This document shows positions 1-13,511 of a DNA stretch of 64,000 nucleotides, one piece after another. This DNA comes from the human T2T-CHM13v2.0 reference genome, Homo sapiens. The notes below the pieces were generated by a model. The model was not told the DNA's origin. It ran no database searches and was given only the letters and a program-made list of their open reading frames with translations. Where the stretch lies: positions 13,504,001 through 13,568,000 of the forward strand of contig CP068257.2 in the NCBI GenBank assembly GCA_009914755.4. Reading direction: 5' to 3'. How positions within the stretch are numbered: the stretch's first letter is position 1; each line of letters begins with the position of its first letter. The position numbers and the translations under genes were made by a program.

Positions 1-504
1 ACTTCAGATGTGGCATGAAGCAGGAGGGATTTCCTAACGGTGCAGATGCACTAGAAGCCAGAGGGTCAGGGAGACCTCTTCTCTCACTGGTGCTTGGAAG
101 ATTTCCATAAGTAACTCCCAGTGCTACTCATGAGAACTACATAAATTAAGCCTTCAGTTCAGGATAGAACCCAGACTTGTAGCTGAGGGCATACTCAGGA
201 CAAAGTGGCCTCTGAGTATGCTTAGAACTCAGAATTCAAGGGCAGTCAGAAGAAGGCTAGACACATCTTCAAAATGTGTTGGAATCCATTTGTGATAGCT
301 GTCAATAGCTTTATATAACTAATTTACACAGCTCATGATTAACTAGTAGCTAAAATGTTACAGAAATGCCCTCATAAATATATTTCCAAAATCAATTTGG
401 GAGCATTGATTATGTCTCGTTTATTGAAAGAATGTAGTGAGTTGTAAGGGTCAAAGGCAAGATGACATTAGTGAGAAAGTGAGTAAGCATTCAAAAAGGA
501 GGGC

Positions 505-665
505 AGATATCTAGAACTGGACTGTCCAATAGAGTAGCCACAAGCCACATGTAATAATGTAAATGTAAATGTAAATTAATTAAAATTAAATGACATGTAA
601 AGTCCGGTCTTTAGTCACACTAGCACATGTCAAGTGTTCAATAGCCACATTTGCAGAGTGCAGAG
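505..665. repeat. Unclassified ancient interspersed repeat fragment (palindromic 'tagccacaagccacatgt ... ttaaattaattaaaattaaat ... cactagcacatgtcaag ... aatagccacat' motif; possibly L1M-family 3' end or a MITE)
   Basis: I recognise this motif block from many mammalian loci, but I cannot name the family from memory. Confidence 0.3.
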
Positions 666-1797
666 AAGAACATGTCCATTGTTCCTTTCCTTTTGAAAGT
701 TCTACCACACTATGCAGATCCAGACCCTTCTGCCTCTGTCCCCCAACCCTACAGCATATGTAATTTCCAAATCCCCATCAGTGCAATTTTAAGATTCAGA
801 ATGACTCTAGAAGAAACCAAAAAAATAAAAGTCAAAAAACTAGAACAAGGCTGTTGCCACTATCAGCTGACTACGTAGCTAATGAGCTCATGGCCATGGG
901 GGTAGGAACTACTTTGGAGCCTAATTTTTTCCGTACATGTGAGAAGCTCTGAATTGACCCCAAGGCGTTCTAGCTAAAGTCATCTTCCTTTAGGTTGTGG
1001 TCATGTGTTTATAGGGTCTGTCTACATTTGATATCTGCTCCTGGCTGTTCCTCTAACTACACAGCCTCCCAACACAATCAGATGATGGTTTAAGAGAAAC
1101 AGTCTTTGACGGACTAAGCCCATGCCTTGCCCAAGTCCACCCATATCACTGTGGTTTCCTCATTCATGTGAATATTATAGGTTAAAGTCAGGGTTCAGGG
1201 TCTAGAAGCAGGACATGAAGTATAAAAAGAGACATCAGAATTACTGGAACACTAACATATGAATGAGTATGCGCAAATGCTATTACATGGTGAGCAAACA
1301 TAAGATAATTCATTTCATGAAATAAGCTTAGTTGCCAAAACCATGTTTAGTCGGAATCTTTTTTTTTTTTTTGCAGCCATGTGATTTTTCAAATTATCTT
1401 CTGTGTGAGTATCAATAATTGTAAAAACCAGTCAAACATTCCTTCCTTTGGACTTTACCCTCCTGTAACTGAAGTGCTTGATCTAACCTTTGACATAAAA
1501 TCAGGCTAGTGTCACAGAGTGGGGCTGCACCTACTGTTCTCAAAAACATCTATGGAGAAGAGTGGCAGAGTGCTGTTATTTCTAAAAAGGAGAGACTAAA
1601 TAAATGGTTTTAAAATAAGCACAAGTTACTACTACTTTGCTTATTTTTGTTACAATTGCTCAATAATAGATGTGATTGATAATATGATAATATAGATAAA
1701 TCAGGAGCATTCTACTTAAATGGGTCTCTTCCCCAGGAATAATTATTTTCTAGAAGGTTGTGCCTGAAAAGGTTGGTGTAGTTGGGTGCTGTATTTC

Positions 1798-2080
1798 TTT
1801 CTTTCTTTTTTGGAGATGGAGTCTCGCTCTGTCAACCATGCTGGAGTTCAGTGGTGCGATCTTGGTTCACTGCAGCCTCCCACTCCCGGGTTCTAGCAAT
1901 TCTCCTGCCTCAGCCTCCTGGGTAGCTAGGTTTACAGGCATATGCCACCACGCCTGGCTAATTTCTGTATTTTTAGTACAGACGGGGTTTCACCATGTTG
2001 ACCAGGTTGGTCTCGAACTCCTGACCTCAGGTGATCCACTTTGGTCTCCCAAAGTGTTAGGATTACAGGCGTGAGCCATA
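1798..2080 (-). mobile_element. Alu SINE (AluS-like), full length, reverse orientation
   Basis: Reverse-complement Alu consensus runs 'ggagatggagtctcgctctgtc...gcctcagcctcc...ggattacaggcgtgagccata'. A T-rich tail sits at the left end. A 13-bp target-site duplication 'ggtgctgtatttc' lies at 1785-1797 and 2081-2093. Confidence 0.95.
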
Positions 2081-3616
2081 GGTGCTGTATTTCATCTTAA
2101 CTTCTGTTTCTGATGACCAGGTAAAGACGACATAATAAAAGAACTAGGGACTACATTGACAATAGGGCATGAAGAAAATTCTTATACTCTAGCCTTGCTC
2201 ATTTTGTTGCAATAAAAACAAACAAACTGAACAATGTGATATGTTTCTGGAATAGGTGGAGGAAAGACAATGGCTTTTTTCAGACAGAGGTGTTGCATTT
2301 ATTTGAGTTAATCCTGAAGTTCTCTGAAATTTGGCAATGGTAGTTTTATGTTTCAATTCGGTGACTGCTGTTTAAACTGCAGGATTGATGCACAAATGAT
2401 CCATAACACATTTTGGCATATTAAATCATCTTCACAGTTCTAATACATCATGAAACCCAATTTACATATAACGTAGGCACAGAAGATGAAAAGCTGAGAA
2501 CAGACCCCTGTTTCAAAAGGCATCAGGCACACTACTTTATTTTCTTGAAGCTCCAGTAACTTCTATAAATCCATCGCTGGAAAAGGTTATTAAACTGCCA
2601 GGCCCTTCTTCTGTCTTCTCAATCTTTAATTCCCCTCCTCTTCTCACATGCCATATGGAAACTCTTCTCTCCCCCTCCCATTTTTTTTTCATTTTTATTC
2701 CACAGCTCCTTTCCCTTGAGCTGAATCTCTCAAAGTCATGGACCATGATAAACATAATTTTTCTCTTTCTGTTTAAACTTGTAATGTATTTGGATTTTAC
2801 AATTTTATTTATTTATTTTTGTCTATGGTAGCTGTGACATAGCAATAGATGTAGTGGACAAGAAGGCAGCTTCATCAGATTCTGGATCTGATCTTAGAAA
2901 TGTAGCACCTGGATAATAACACAAGGTCAAAGTGTGACCAGTAGGCACGATGTGCCATTATGTCATAATATCAATTTCTACTGTCATTATAGACAATAGA
3001 CTTTCAGCCTACCATCCAGGTATTATGAGCTATATGGTATACAGCCAAAGACATCACAGGATGGACAGAGTGCAAAAACTGGCTTCCACCACATCTCAGA
3101 ATAAATAATTCCTTTGAATTAGATCAGTAAATATTAAAATATTACTTAATCATGTCTCTTAGAAAAAATAATGAGAATGTTTTATGTTCTATTAGAATTA
3201 AAATCAATGTCCTCTACCATCATTGTCAGTTGCTTGGCACTAGATAAAAAAGGCATTGTGTCTGCCAAAATTTTCCTTTCCTCCAGGGTCCTTAGATCAG
3301 GGTTTCTCAACTTTGGCACTATGTGCGTTTTGGGGTAGATCATTATTTGTTTTGGAGGTTTGTTTGGAGGTTGCAAAATAGTTAGCAGTATGCTTGGCCT
3401 ATGCTTCCTATGTGCCAGGAGCATCCACTGTAGTTGTGACACCACAAAAGTCTCTAGACATTGTCAAATATCTCCTGAGGTGCAAAATCTCTCCCAGTTG
3501 AGCACCACCGTCCTAGATCTATAAGGCATGGATCTTTCATCTCCTATTTCTTTTTCTCCTCTTGTTTTATGCTCCAGGCTAATCCCTGCCCCAAGCGATA
3601 TCTACCTGTCCCCACC

Positions 3617-3710
3617 TCCCCACATCCTCTTGGTTTTCTGAAATAGATTAATAACAGACCCTCTCCACATCCTCTTGGTTCTCTGAAATAGATTATTGGT
3701 TACCTGAAAC
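3617..3710. repeat. Local tandem duplication, about 46-bp unit in 2 copies
   Basis: 'ccacatcctcttggtt[t/c]tctgaaatagatta' occurs at about 3619-3650 and again at about 3665-3696. Confidence 0.6.
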
Positions 3711-6337
3711 TATCTTTGAAATGCCTGTGTAAACCACAACAGATTCCCTTGGGCCTCAAGGGAGTCACAGAAAAGTCTGAAGCAATGTAGAAAAAAATAA
3801 AGTAGCTAGAAAGTGTGAGGAATGTCTGTCTAGCTCTCTAGGTTGCTGTATTGGGGAATCAAGTTTACATTGGCTGCTAAGGTTTGACTATCTGGGACAA
3901 TTTGAAAGTAATATTATGGGGTTAGCTTGAAACTCCCCTGAAGAATAAAGGACCCAAGTTTATATCCCACAAAACTTTTCTTCTTGTGGAAGCTTAAAAC
4001 TCTTATTGATTTCCTATGAAAATTATTCACCTTGGATATTCCATAACCTTTAAAAATTATCTAAACCTTCTAAGTCCCACCCTGCTTGGCCTACTTACTT
4101 TCAGCAGGTGACCACATCTTTGATTTTAAACTATGGAAATTGAGGAGAAGATCCGACTCACCCTGACATCAGCTTTCTTTTTAAAACTTCTTCCTTTGTT
4201 CCTTAAAATATCTCTTTTTCCTACCTCTCAGCTACACTCATCATTTCCCCATTCCTTCCCTTTACTTCTTATGGTTGTCTCCGGTTTCATTGGCTGAGAT
4301 TGTTCTCCTTTTTAAAACTAGCCCCTCGAACTGTATCTATGACCTTCAGCCTCTTATTATCTGCTTTCTTTACATCTTCCAAAGATGGTACCATCTTATT
4401 GGTACCTTTTACTTTTATTGGTACCTTCCACTGAGTCTACAAATATCACTGCCCGGCTTACCAGTTTGCCTATCCATTACCACAAGCTTTTCTCTCGTAG
4501 TCTCTCCATCTCCTTTCTGTCTTTTCTCTTTCCTTTCCTTTTCTCCCAACAGATGTCTCAAAAAAATAACCTATGCTCCTCACTTTAACTCTATGCCTCC
4601 CACACCTTGAATCTCTTGCATGGTTGTTTCTATCTTCACAAATATGCTGAAATTGTTCTTGCTGTTTAACAGTGACAATTTAACCATTGAACCTATGGAA
4701 TTTTTAAGCCTTAATATTTGGAGATTTGACACTATGGTCACTTTCTCGGTTTTTCAAACGTTCTTACATCCTCCTGATTTTTTATCTGTTACCTTTACTG
4801 TTTCTTTTCCCTGCTCTTGTCGCCTAGTACTCTAGGCAAATTAACTCAAGCTTCAGATGTCTGCTTTTCTGTCTAATGTATCCAGTCCTGAACACCACTT
4901 CCATTCAGAGATGCCAATGTTGTTATAAAAATAAATTTAGTGACTTCCTCTTAACTTAGAAGTGGCATCCATTCTCCTCTTTATATGATTCTTTTTTCAG
5001 AGTGGGACAATGTCTTTAATCACCTAGAGTGGAACCTTTGGAACTTAGAGACCTATTTGGCCCAAGCAACAGGGCTATAATTTCATGATCCTACCAGACC
5101 CTTTATTATAAATACTGATGCTAAGCTGAAAGGAAGTAGAAGTTTTGGAAGGGGGGCATATATTAGAGCAGGAATTTTTGCCAGCAGGAGTCTATTATAT
5201 AGATATAACAGTGTGCATGTGCAAGGGTGGGTGATGGGGAAGAAATTGGCAAATCATGAGTAATATTTAAAAACGTAAGTCAAAAGTAACTATATATAAT
5301 ATCTAGAAATTTATAGATCAGTGCAAAAATCATCCAGGAGATTGAAATTAGCTCTGGAAAAAGAAAAATTGAAGGATCTGATGAAGCCTGATTTAATTGT
5401 AGTAAGTATTTAGAATTCATCGACCCTTTAAATTACGTACGTGTAAATAAAATCCGCATACCTAACTAATAAGCAATATCATCAGCATTAATAGTTAACT
5501 ATGAGAAATAGAGAAGAATGCAGGATGTAACATAAAGAAAACTTCTTGCTGTGTAGAAGCTTTCTGGGCTAGATGGAAGAGTCTGAAAAATGAGGAAGGG
5601 AAGAACAAATGAGATGAGATGCCAGCTAGGTGCTGATTCTCTTGATCAGTCTATATATTTGAAAGCCATGGGGGTGGGTGGAGACCATGAGATGGCTTGG
5701 GAATCTTGGCACTAAGATTATTAAGTCATTAAGAAAGAATATGTTCCATTTTCCACTGGGAGCGTTGGTTGCCTCCCTTCCACCTTGGCAGCCACAGCAA
5801 AGTAGAAATGGTATGTTAGGCAAAGAACAGGGCCTTAAGATATTCCCTCCACCTCAGTTGGCATGGTATTTTGTAGAAGGAAGGAGAAAAGTTCTTACCC
5901 TGAGATCTTTTCTGGGCCTCACTGGGCCTCATATTTTAAGGGGGTATATATTGGTCTTTTTCTGATCAAGTCCTGCCCTACCGGACCAGAAGTCCATTGG
6001 AACAAAGGGACTTGCCCATACAGAACTTAACTCCCTCCCACCATTCTAGGCCATGCTCTGGACACTTGAGATCCTAGAAACTCTGCCAAGACTGCCCTCA
6101 GCCTGTATCTGGACTTTGTGTGTCTCTTCCTGGGTCTATTGCTGGAGGGTAAGTCATAGCACCAGTGTGTAAACTCCTAGATCTGAGGGGTGGCCAAGAA
6201 GTGGTTATTTGTGTGTGTGTTGGGGGAGGGGAGGTGGTTGCCATGGGGTAAACATGGGAGCTTAAATATGTGTGTGTGGGGGGGATTTCCACACAAGTGT
6301 GCTTAGGGTCATGGGGAGAAAAACTAGAGATGGGAAA

Positions 6338-6697
6338 TGTATTAATCCGTTCTCATGCTGCTATGAAGAAATATCTAATGGGTAATTTATAAAGAAGAGA
6401 GGTTTAATTGACTCACAGTTCAGCATGGCTGGGGAGGCCTCAGGAAACTTAAAATCATGGTGGAGGGCACCTTTTCACAGGGGGGCAGGAGAGAGAATGA
6501 GAGCCAGCAGTGGAAATGCCAGACACTTATAAACCATCAGATCTCATGAGAACTCACTCACTCTCATGAGAACAGCATGTGGGAAACCACCCCCATGATT
6601 CAATTACCTCCCACTGCGTCCCTCCCATGACTCATGGGGATTATGGGAACTACAATTCAAGATGAGATTTGAGTGGGGACACAGCCAAACCATATCA
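6338..6697 (-). mobile_element. ERVL-MaLR LTR (THE1/MST-like), solo LTR, reverse orientation
   Basis: Reverse complement of the MaLR LTR consensus. It begins 'tgtattaatccgttctcatgctgc' and ends '...gggattatgggaactacaattcaagatgagatttgagtggggacacagccaaaccatatca', which is the reverse complement of 'TGATATGGTTTGGCTGTGTCCCC...'. Length is about 360 bp. Confidence 0.75.
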
Positions 6698-7260
6698 GAA
6701 AGACAATGCAAAATGGGTCATAAACTGGGGTTTGCTTTCCCCCTGCCAAGACATTTCAGCATAGAACGACAAGTAATCTAATAATTCTAAATTAAGATGA
6801 CCTAAGTCATTATAAAAGTATACTTGTCAAGGTAAAAGTATAGAATGTATTTTATTTCACAATTTGTTTGCTCAATTAATAATATGCAAATATTTAGAAT
6901 TACCATATGTAGACCTCCATTTGTGCTTTTGCCCTGAGCCCTGCAAGTGTTATATGGCTGGCCTGGAGGAGAGATTCAGAAGCTGCTCCAGCAGTCAGTG
7001 GCGAGTGCTAGCATGCTGGGAAGGTCTGTGGACTGCAAGATGTTGGGATCAAGATAAAGGAGGAACAATGTTCAGACCTTGTGACTGGAGGCCAAAGCTG
7101 AGAGCAGCTTGTGGGTGTGAAGGTCAAGCAGGACTAGTTACAGCAACTGCAGCAAATGTAGCAAGGGCAGAGGCCAATAACCAACACACAGAGGCCATGC
7201 AGCAGGAGACAGTTCGGGCTTCTAACAAGAATCTGGAGGAAGAAATGAAGGTCAGACCCG

Positions 7261-7261
<1 letters not shown>

Positions 7262-7308
<47 letters not shown>
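7262..7308. repeat. (AC)n / (CA)n dinucleotide microsatellite, about 23 units
   Basis: Uninterrupted 'cacacaca...' run visible directly in the sequence. The ORF-track 'THTHTH' and 'VCVCVC' peptides derive from it. Confidence 0.97.
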
Positions 7309-7310
<2 letters not shown>

Positions 7311-10236
7311 CCCACGTGGCACTGTGGAATTAGATGAGATCCTTTTGTACCCTGTAGGTAGGAGAAAGGAGAAATAAATCTTTTGAGAGGTTAGAGCAGC
7401 CACACTAAACAGATTAAACTATGAATTGAATAACTTTAAAACTTAAATGTGAATTAACCTTTAACCCAAAGAGAATATTTTAAACAGGTTGTAATTGGAT
7501 AAACTACCTTAAAGATACATAATATTATTATTATTATTTTGCTAGTGATTAAAGAGTGATTCAAAGGTCTGCTATGGAAACATAGCACTGTTACATTTCT
7601 GTGCATTGGATTAATTAATGTAAACTAACTATTAATACCCTGCAATATAGACTCATGGATAACTTCCTGGAGAAACTGCACTGGGTCCTTGTCAGGGTAC
7701 AGTATGAGATTAATCCCATGACTATATACCTTGGTAGCAAATAGCTCATTATATCCAAGCTGTAGATGAATTCTAACTTCAAAGGATAACATAAAGGACA
7801 CAAAGACATTTTAAGGTTCACAGTTTGGAGTTCCTTGCCTTAGAAAGTAAGATAGAAAGTTAAGGCTGCTTTCTGAGAGCGTTTTTCTAGGGACTACTAC
7901 CTCCTAGGCCTTGACCAGTCCTTGTGAGCCCCAGACACACTGTGAGCCAAGAGATGTGACAAGAGGAAAGATCCAAAGTTGTTAGGCAAAGAGAGCAATG
8001 CCTGCTGGAGGCAGTTCTATTGCATTATTTGAATTGAATCTGATCAACAGAGAACTATTCTGTGCACTCAACTACACAGTATTAAGACATTATAAATATA
8101 TGGGCTTTTTGTCAAAATTTCAGATCTACCTATCTGATTGTTCTGATTTCTTGACTTGATGGTGTGGATGACAGAGAAAGGGAAATTAACCTACAACATG
8201 ATTACTTACTTCATTTTTATTATTTTTCCTCTTGAGAAGGCTAAGGATGTCAAGAATGTTACTTGCTCTTACAGTGTTTCATAAAAGACCCTGAAAATTA
8301 AAGTAGTTTTAGAAACTATACATAGCTCCAACCCACAGCACTGGAAATATATTACCCTCTAGCAGTAATAGCATATAAGTGTTTAATAAGTGTTAGTTGA
8401 ATGAATTTGTTGAATACGTAGGTAATAAACACACATATAGACATATACTGCATAAAAGTCAAACATCAAAAACTCGTGGGATATATTTGGTAAAATAGAT
8501 AAACTCAGGATTTGGGATCTGGTAACTCCCATAATTTCTTAGACACTGTGTAGAAAATGCCTTTTTTACTATGTGTGTTTCTTGCACGAATTCATCTTGA
8601 TCAGGGAAGGTACTGTAATACATTGTGGGAAGAGTTTTAGTTGGCCAGTATACAAGAGGCCAGAAGATCAATTCATTGCAACCCCACCATATGAAAGCCT
8701 TTTCCTGAAAATCGTGGAGATACCACAACCATTTTGTCTTCAATTGAGGGGGAAAGTATGAAAATATAAAAAGCATGAACATCAAACCTGGGGGAGATTT
8801 AATAAGGCATGAAGTGGTTTTGGTGGAGCATTGCATCAGTTGCTGGTAAGGTCCCATGAAAGGACTGTCAAGCAGCATGGAGGGCCCAATGAGGACAGAG
8901 ACTACAAATCCTTGGTGGCACCATTTCACATAGTGGTGAGATTTTCTCCAGCAGCACTCAGCAACTGGTGTTTAGGGCATTGGAGATAAATTAATGACTG
9001 GAGTTGTTGGGGCTTCACTGGGTGGATATACTGCATTGAACATTTTAGGGAGTGACAGGTTGTGGCTAGCTTGGCAGGAGAGTGCTGGCTGATTGAGAGA
9101 AAATGGAACAGTGGTACAGGCCTGCATTTGGTCAAAAGTAGGCATGGGGTGAGTAAGGGATGGAGAGAGCTGAAATGGTGAGAGGTTATGGTCCATGAAT
9201 GGATACTGGCATTTAACAGGCATAGAGCATTTCATAATGATGTCAAGGTCTATTACACAGCCATGTATGAGCCAAGCAATTGGAAATGGAAGATCTGAAG
9301 TTAAAGATATCATGGAACTATGAGGAAAATACATCAAATATGTCACCTAGATGTCTAATTAAATTACCTGGGATGAGCAGAAATTGGGAAGCTGACAAGT
9401 TGAAAGGACATATGTGACTCAGGTGCCCAAACTGGAGGTTAGTAAAAGGTACCAACAAGATGTACAGCTAGTTGACATCAGCCCCAAAGGGCAAATTTTT
9501 GACTTGCAGAGGAACAATAGGGTAGTGTAAAAGCTTCATTGGTGGGCACAGGAGATACTAGTACTCCTCTCTTCATTAGAAAGGTCTGCATGGGAAATCA
9601 GCTTTCAGCTGAAGCAAGAAGGTGGCAGAAGCATGCTGTAAAGAGATTTGCAATGGAGGGTTTTGTGCCATAGAATGCAGGTTGCAGAAGCCCCAACTGG
9701 AAATGGCAGGAAGAAATGGACAGGCAGAAAAGTGAGGTTTTGGACTGAGAGTAGGGGAGAGGGTAGATGGTCAAAGGGACTTGAATATTGGGCAGGGACT
9801 GAGAATCAACAGGAATGTGAGGTCTGGTAGGATTAGCTGCTTTCTGGGATCTAAGTGGAGCAAAGGTACAAATTAGCTTCTGTGCCAGTGTTGGCTCAGT
9901 CCATAGAGGGTGTTGTCAGAGGCTTCATGATATTAGCAAATTGTGTTTTTTTTCTCAGTTACCCAAACAGAATCTTGGTGGGAAGCTTTTGTGGTGCCTC
10001 TGAAGAGATCATTGTTCAGCCATACACAGATAAAGAGTGAGTGTCCTCTGGGGGCAGGATGGCTCTGAATCCTCTCAAAAGGCAACTATGGCCTGACTCA
10101 GTAGTCCTTTTGAAGAAATCCTAGCCAAGGATGAAGGGACAAGTCTAGTTTCGCAGCTGAGAGAAACAAGCTTAGTTCTTAAGTGCAAGTGCAGCTATAG
10201 AAAAGAAACTATATCATTGATGTGAAGCTAACTCCT

Positions 10237-10598
10237 TGATATGGTTTGGCTGTGTCCCCACCCAAATCTCATCTTAAATTGTAGCTCCCGTAATTCCCAT
10301 ATGTTATGGGAGGAACCTCGTGGGAGATAATTGAATCATGGGAGCACTTTCCCCCATACTGTTCTTGTGGTAGTGAATAAGTCTCATGAGATCTGATGTT
10401 TTTATAAGGGGTTTCCCCTTTCGCTTGGCTCTCATTCTCTCTTGTCTGCCACCATGTAAGACGTGTCTTTCACCTTCTTCCATGATTGTTAGGCCTCCCC
10501 AGCCACATTGAACTGTGAGTCCACTAAATCTCTTTTTCTTTATAAGATACCCAGTCTTGGGTATGTATTTATCAGCAGTATGAAAATGGACTAATACA
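10237..10598 (+). mobile_element. ERVL-MaLR solo LTR (THE1-like), forward orientation
   Basis: Starts 'tgatatggtttggctgtgtccccacccaaatctcatcttaaattgtagctccc'. Contains '...ccatgattgttaggcctccccagccacattgaactgtgagtcc...' and ends '...ctaataca'. Flanked by a 5-bp direct repeat 'ctcct' at 10232-10236 and 10599-10603, the expected ERVL target-site duplication size. Confidence 0.8.
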
Positions 10599-13176
10599 CT
10601 CCTGGAAAAGACTTTTCAACCCTACTACCCCCACAATGCCATGAGTGTTCTGGATGAAATAGTACTTCTTTGTTGTGTAGTATAAATGAATTTGGAATAA
10701 ATATACATGGATTTAAAATAATACATTAATTTAAATTCTCCAGGTAGAACTACTTTGATGGAAATTTCCCTAAAAAAGCAACAAATGATTTGCCTCTGCA
10801 TCTAATCAGCCAATCAGACACTCCCATGCTGATTACTTAATGAACTGGAATTTTAATGCAAAACTTTGTGATTATCAACAATTTTTCTGTTCCCCCTACC
10901 CCCAAAAACCCAAACACTTTCTACTTATAATTCTTAACAAATTAGTCTTTTCTTTAACCATATAAGAGCATTTGTTAATCAAAACTGAATTCCTAGCCAA
11001 ATATCTCAGAGCAGCTTGCAAAGCATGTACTCAAGCAGATAAGAAGGTGATGACTCACCAAGTGGTTCTGTATTTACTATCAAGAAGAAAATAATGCAGG
11101 TAGATGTATCAAGAGAAAATAAAAGGCCAAGGACTATTTGAGAAGTCTCGTGGCAGACTAAAGAGAGAATACAATCACATCCATCTATGGAAAAGGTTTA
11201 TTCTATTTCAACTTGCTATTTTGCTTAAATTCCAAAGGATTATCTTCACAGTGAGAACAGAGATCTAATTTTGGCTGGGGAAGTGAAACAAGGTGGTGGT
11301 TCTAGGCAGAACTTAGTGGTTTGTCATTGTACGTTTTGAAATAAATAAGAGTTCAAACTACCTTGATAGACTGTGGTACTCTAGGATACTGTCAGAGCTC
11401 TTTGCTCTGACTTTTATCTCTTAGGTAGAATTCAAATGTGGAATAAAACTGAGGAAATGTGGGATCAATGGAAGACAAAATAGTCTGTGGGCCTTAAGTT
11501 CTAAATGAAATTATTCATGGAAGGGGTCTATGTTTGTTATACAGATAGAATTTTTTTTCTAATGAAGAGACTTGTTATCTATATAATTACTTATAGAATC
11601 ACATAGCAAGTTTCATGAAGTAAATAAATCCTGTCTATGCCTCATTTTAAAAATAATAAGCATGATTCTTTTATAATCCATGTATTTTGGTTAGAATGAT
11701 TTTACCCTACAGAATAATAACACCTATTTCATGGGCAGAGTGTGAGAAATCTTTCAGCTGATAGATATGAAGCATGTGAAACGGCACCTAGTTCCCAGAA
11801 GTGTACAATAAACAGTAGCTATTATCACTAACACTCTAGATGGTAAATAATCCCCTTCTTACAAAAGAGGAGCTTGGATTTGAGAGCATTTTAGTGACTT
11901 CCACAAGGTACAAATTAAATCACCAGATTGAGAGTGCTGCCAGGTCATACTGAAATTATCTGAACTGTTTGCCTACTCCTAAATCTATTTCCAGACTCAT
12001 AAATTCAAAGCCATAATTGAAATAGACTCACATGCGGGTAGTCAGAAAAGACATTGAGCAAAATGTTATTAAATCACATTTTATAATAAATACAGCTGCA
12101 GCAGGAACAAAATTTGAGATGGAAGCCACTCATCCCATCCTGATGACTTAGATCTTTTGCTGATGTCTGGAGACTTTGCAAGAAGAAACTGTCAAGGGTC
12201 TGTTTGTAAGAACAACCAAAGACCAGCAAGGAGAGGAATTTGCTGTGAGAAAACACAGCTCTAAGGAACACAAAACTGGTTCTATAATCAGTTGTTGTCA
12301 AAGGAGAGAATTTTTGAGTAGCCTGGTGAATAGCAGTGAGTCTGCCCTACAGATCCAAACTCCCTGAGCAATCCTGTGCCTAAGGGAAGAAAAGGAAGCA
12401 ACAGAAAAACTCCAGGATCAGAAAAATCTCTATGAGATCTTGAGAGTGAAGACTAGCCCTGCACACTCAGGAATAGAATATGACATTTGTAGTGTGTAAC
12501 CTAAGTAGAATGGAAGATGGTTTTTCTCAGTGGAAGAGGTAGCTGTTAGAAAAATTGGAAATTCAGAAAACAAGAAGTAAGAGAAGCCTAAACACATTGG
12601 AAGTGGCATCAAGAGAGGTCCTGAGAGCCCTGAGCAGGAAGTCACAACTCTCTTCATCACCAGGATAGCAAAGGGGGAGCCCACATTCCATGAAGTCTAT
12701 GTTCCAAGGTAGAAGGGGGAAGTAGTAGATGCCCCGTGATAGGCAGGAGAGCTGCATTGGGTGCACACATAAAATGAGAACTTCCCCCAAAAAATTAGAG
12801 GAATTTGAGGGGGAGTCGAGTTTTTAGAATTCAGCAGGTGAGGGATGAACCAAACTCTGTTTAAACATTATTATATGGTTTAGATTTTCCTACAAACTGT
12901 GAATACACAATTAATTATTATTTTAGCTTTGTGAACAGAACTATGCTAGCACTGTGGCTATGACAGGGAGTGAAATATGGTTTTTGCTTTAAAAGACTTA
13001 CAGATTTTGGGAGAAATGTAAGCTCCATGAGGGCAGGTGCTTTATCTATTTTGTTCATTTGTGTACCCTAGGACACAGAGAAGTACCTGGATGGAAGAGA
13101 TGGAAGAGACAGTTATCAAATATTTACTGAAATAATTTTTAAGTGATCTAAGTTAAAGAAGAATTTTAAAGAGTGA

Positions 13177-13511
<335 letters not shown>

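Noticed and set aside
4497-4548. Polypyrimidine (CT-rich) tract that could form H-DNA
   Set aside because: It is interrupted by several purines, so the pure pyrimidine stretch is only about 29 nt. It is too short and common to be notable.
6333-6702. Possible 5-bp target-site duplication around the minus-strand THE1-like LTR at 6338-6697 ('ggaaa' / 'gaaag')
   Set aside because: The two flanks match only in a shifted 4-of-5 fashion, and the exact LTR termini are uncertain by 1-2 bp. This is not convincing enough to report as a target-site duplication.
6864-7403. ORFs of 157 aa (plus) and 89 aa / 63 aa (minus) spanning 6864-7403
   Set aside because: These read through the (CA)23 microsatellite and produce 'THTHTH' and 'VCVCVC' runs. 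They are an artefact of a simple repeat keeping the frames open.
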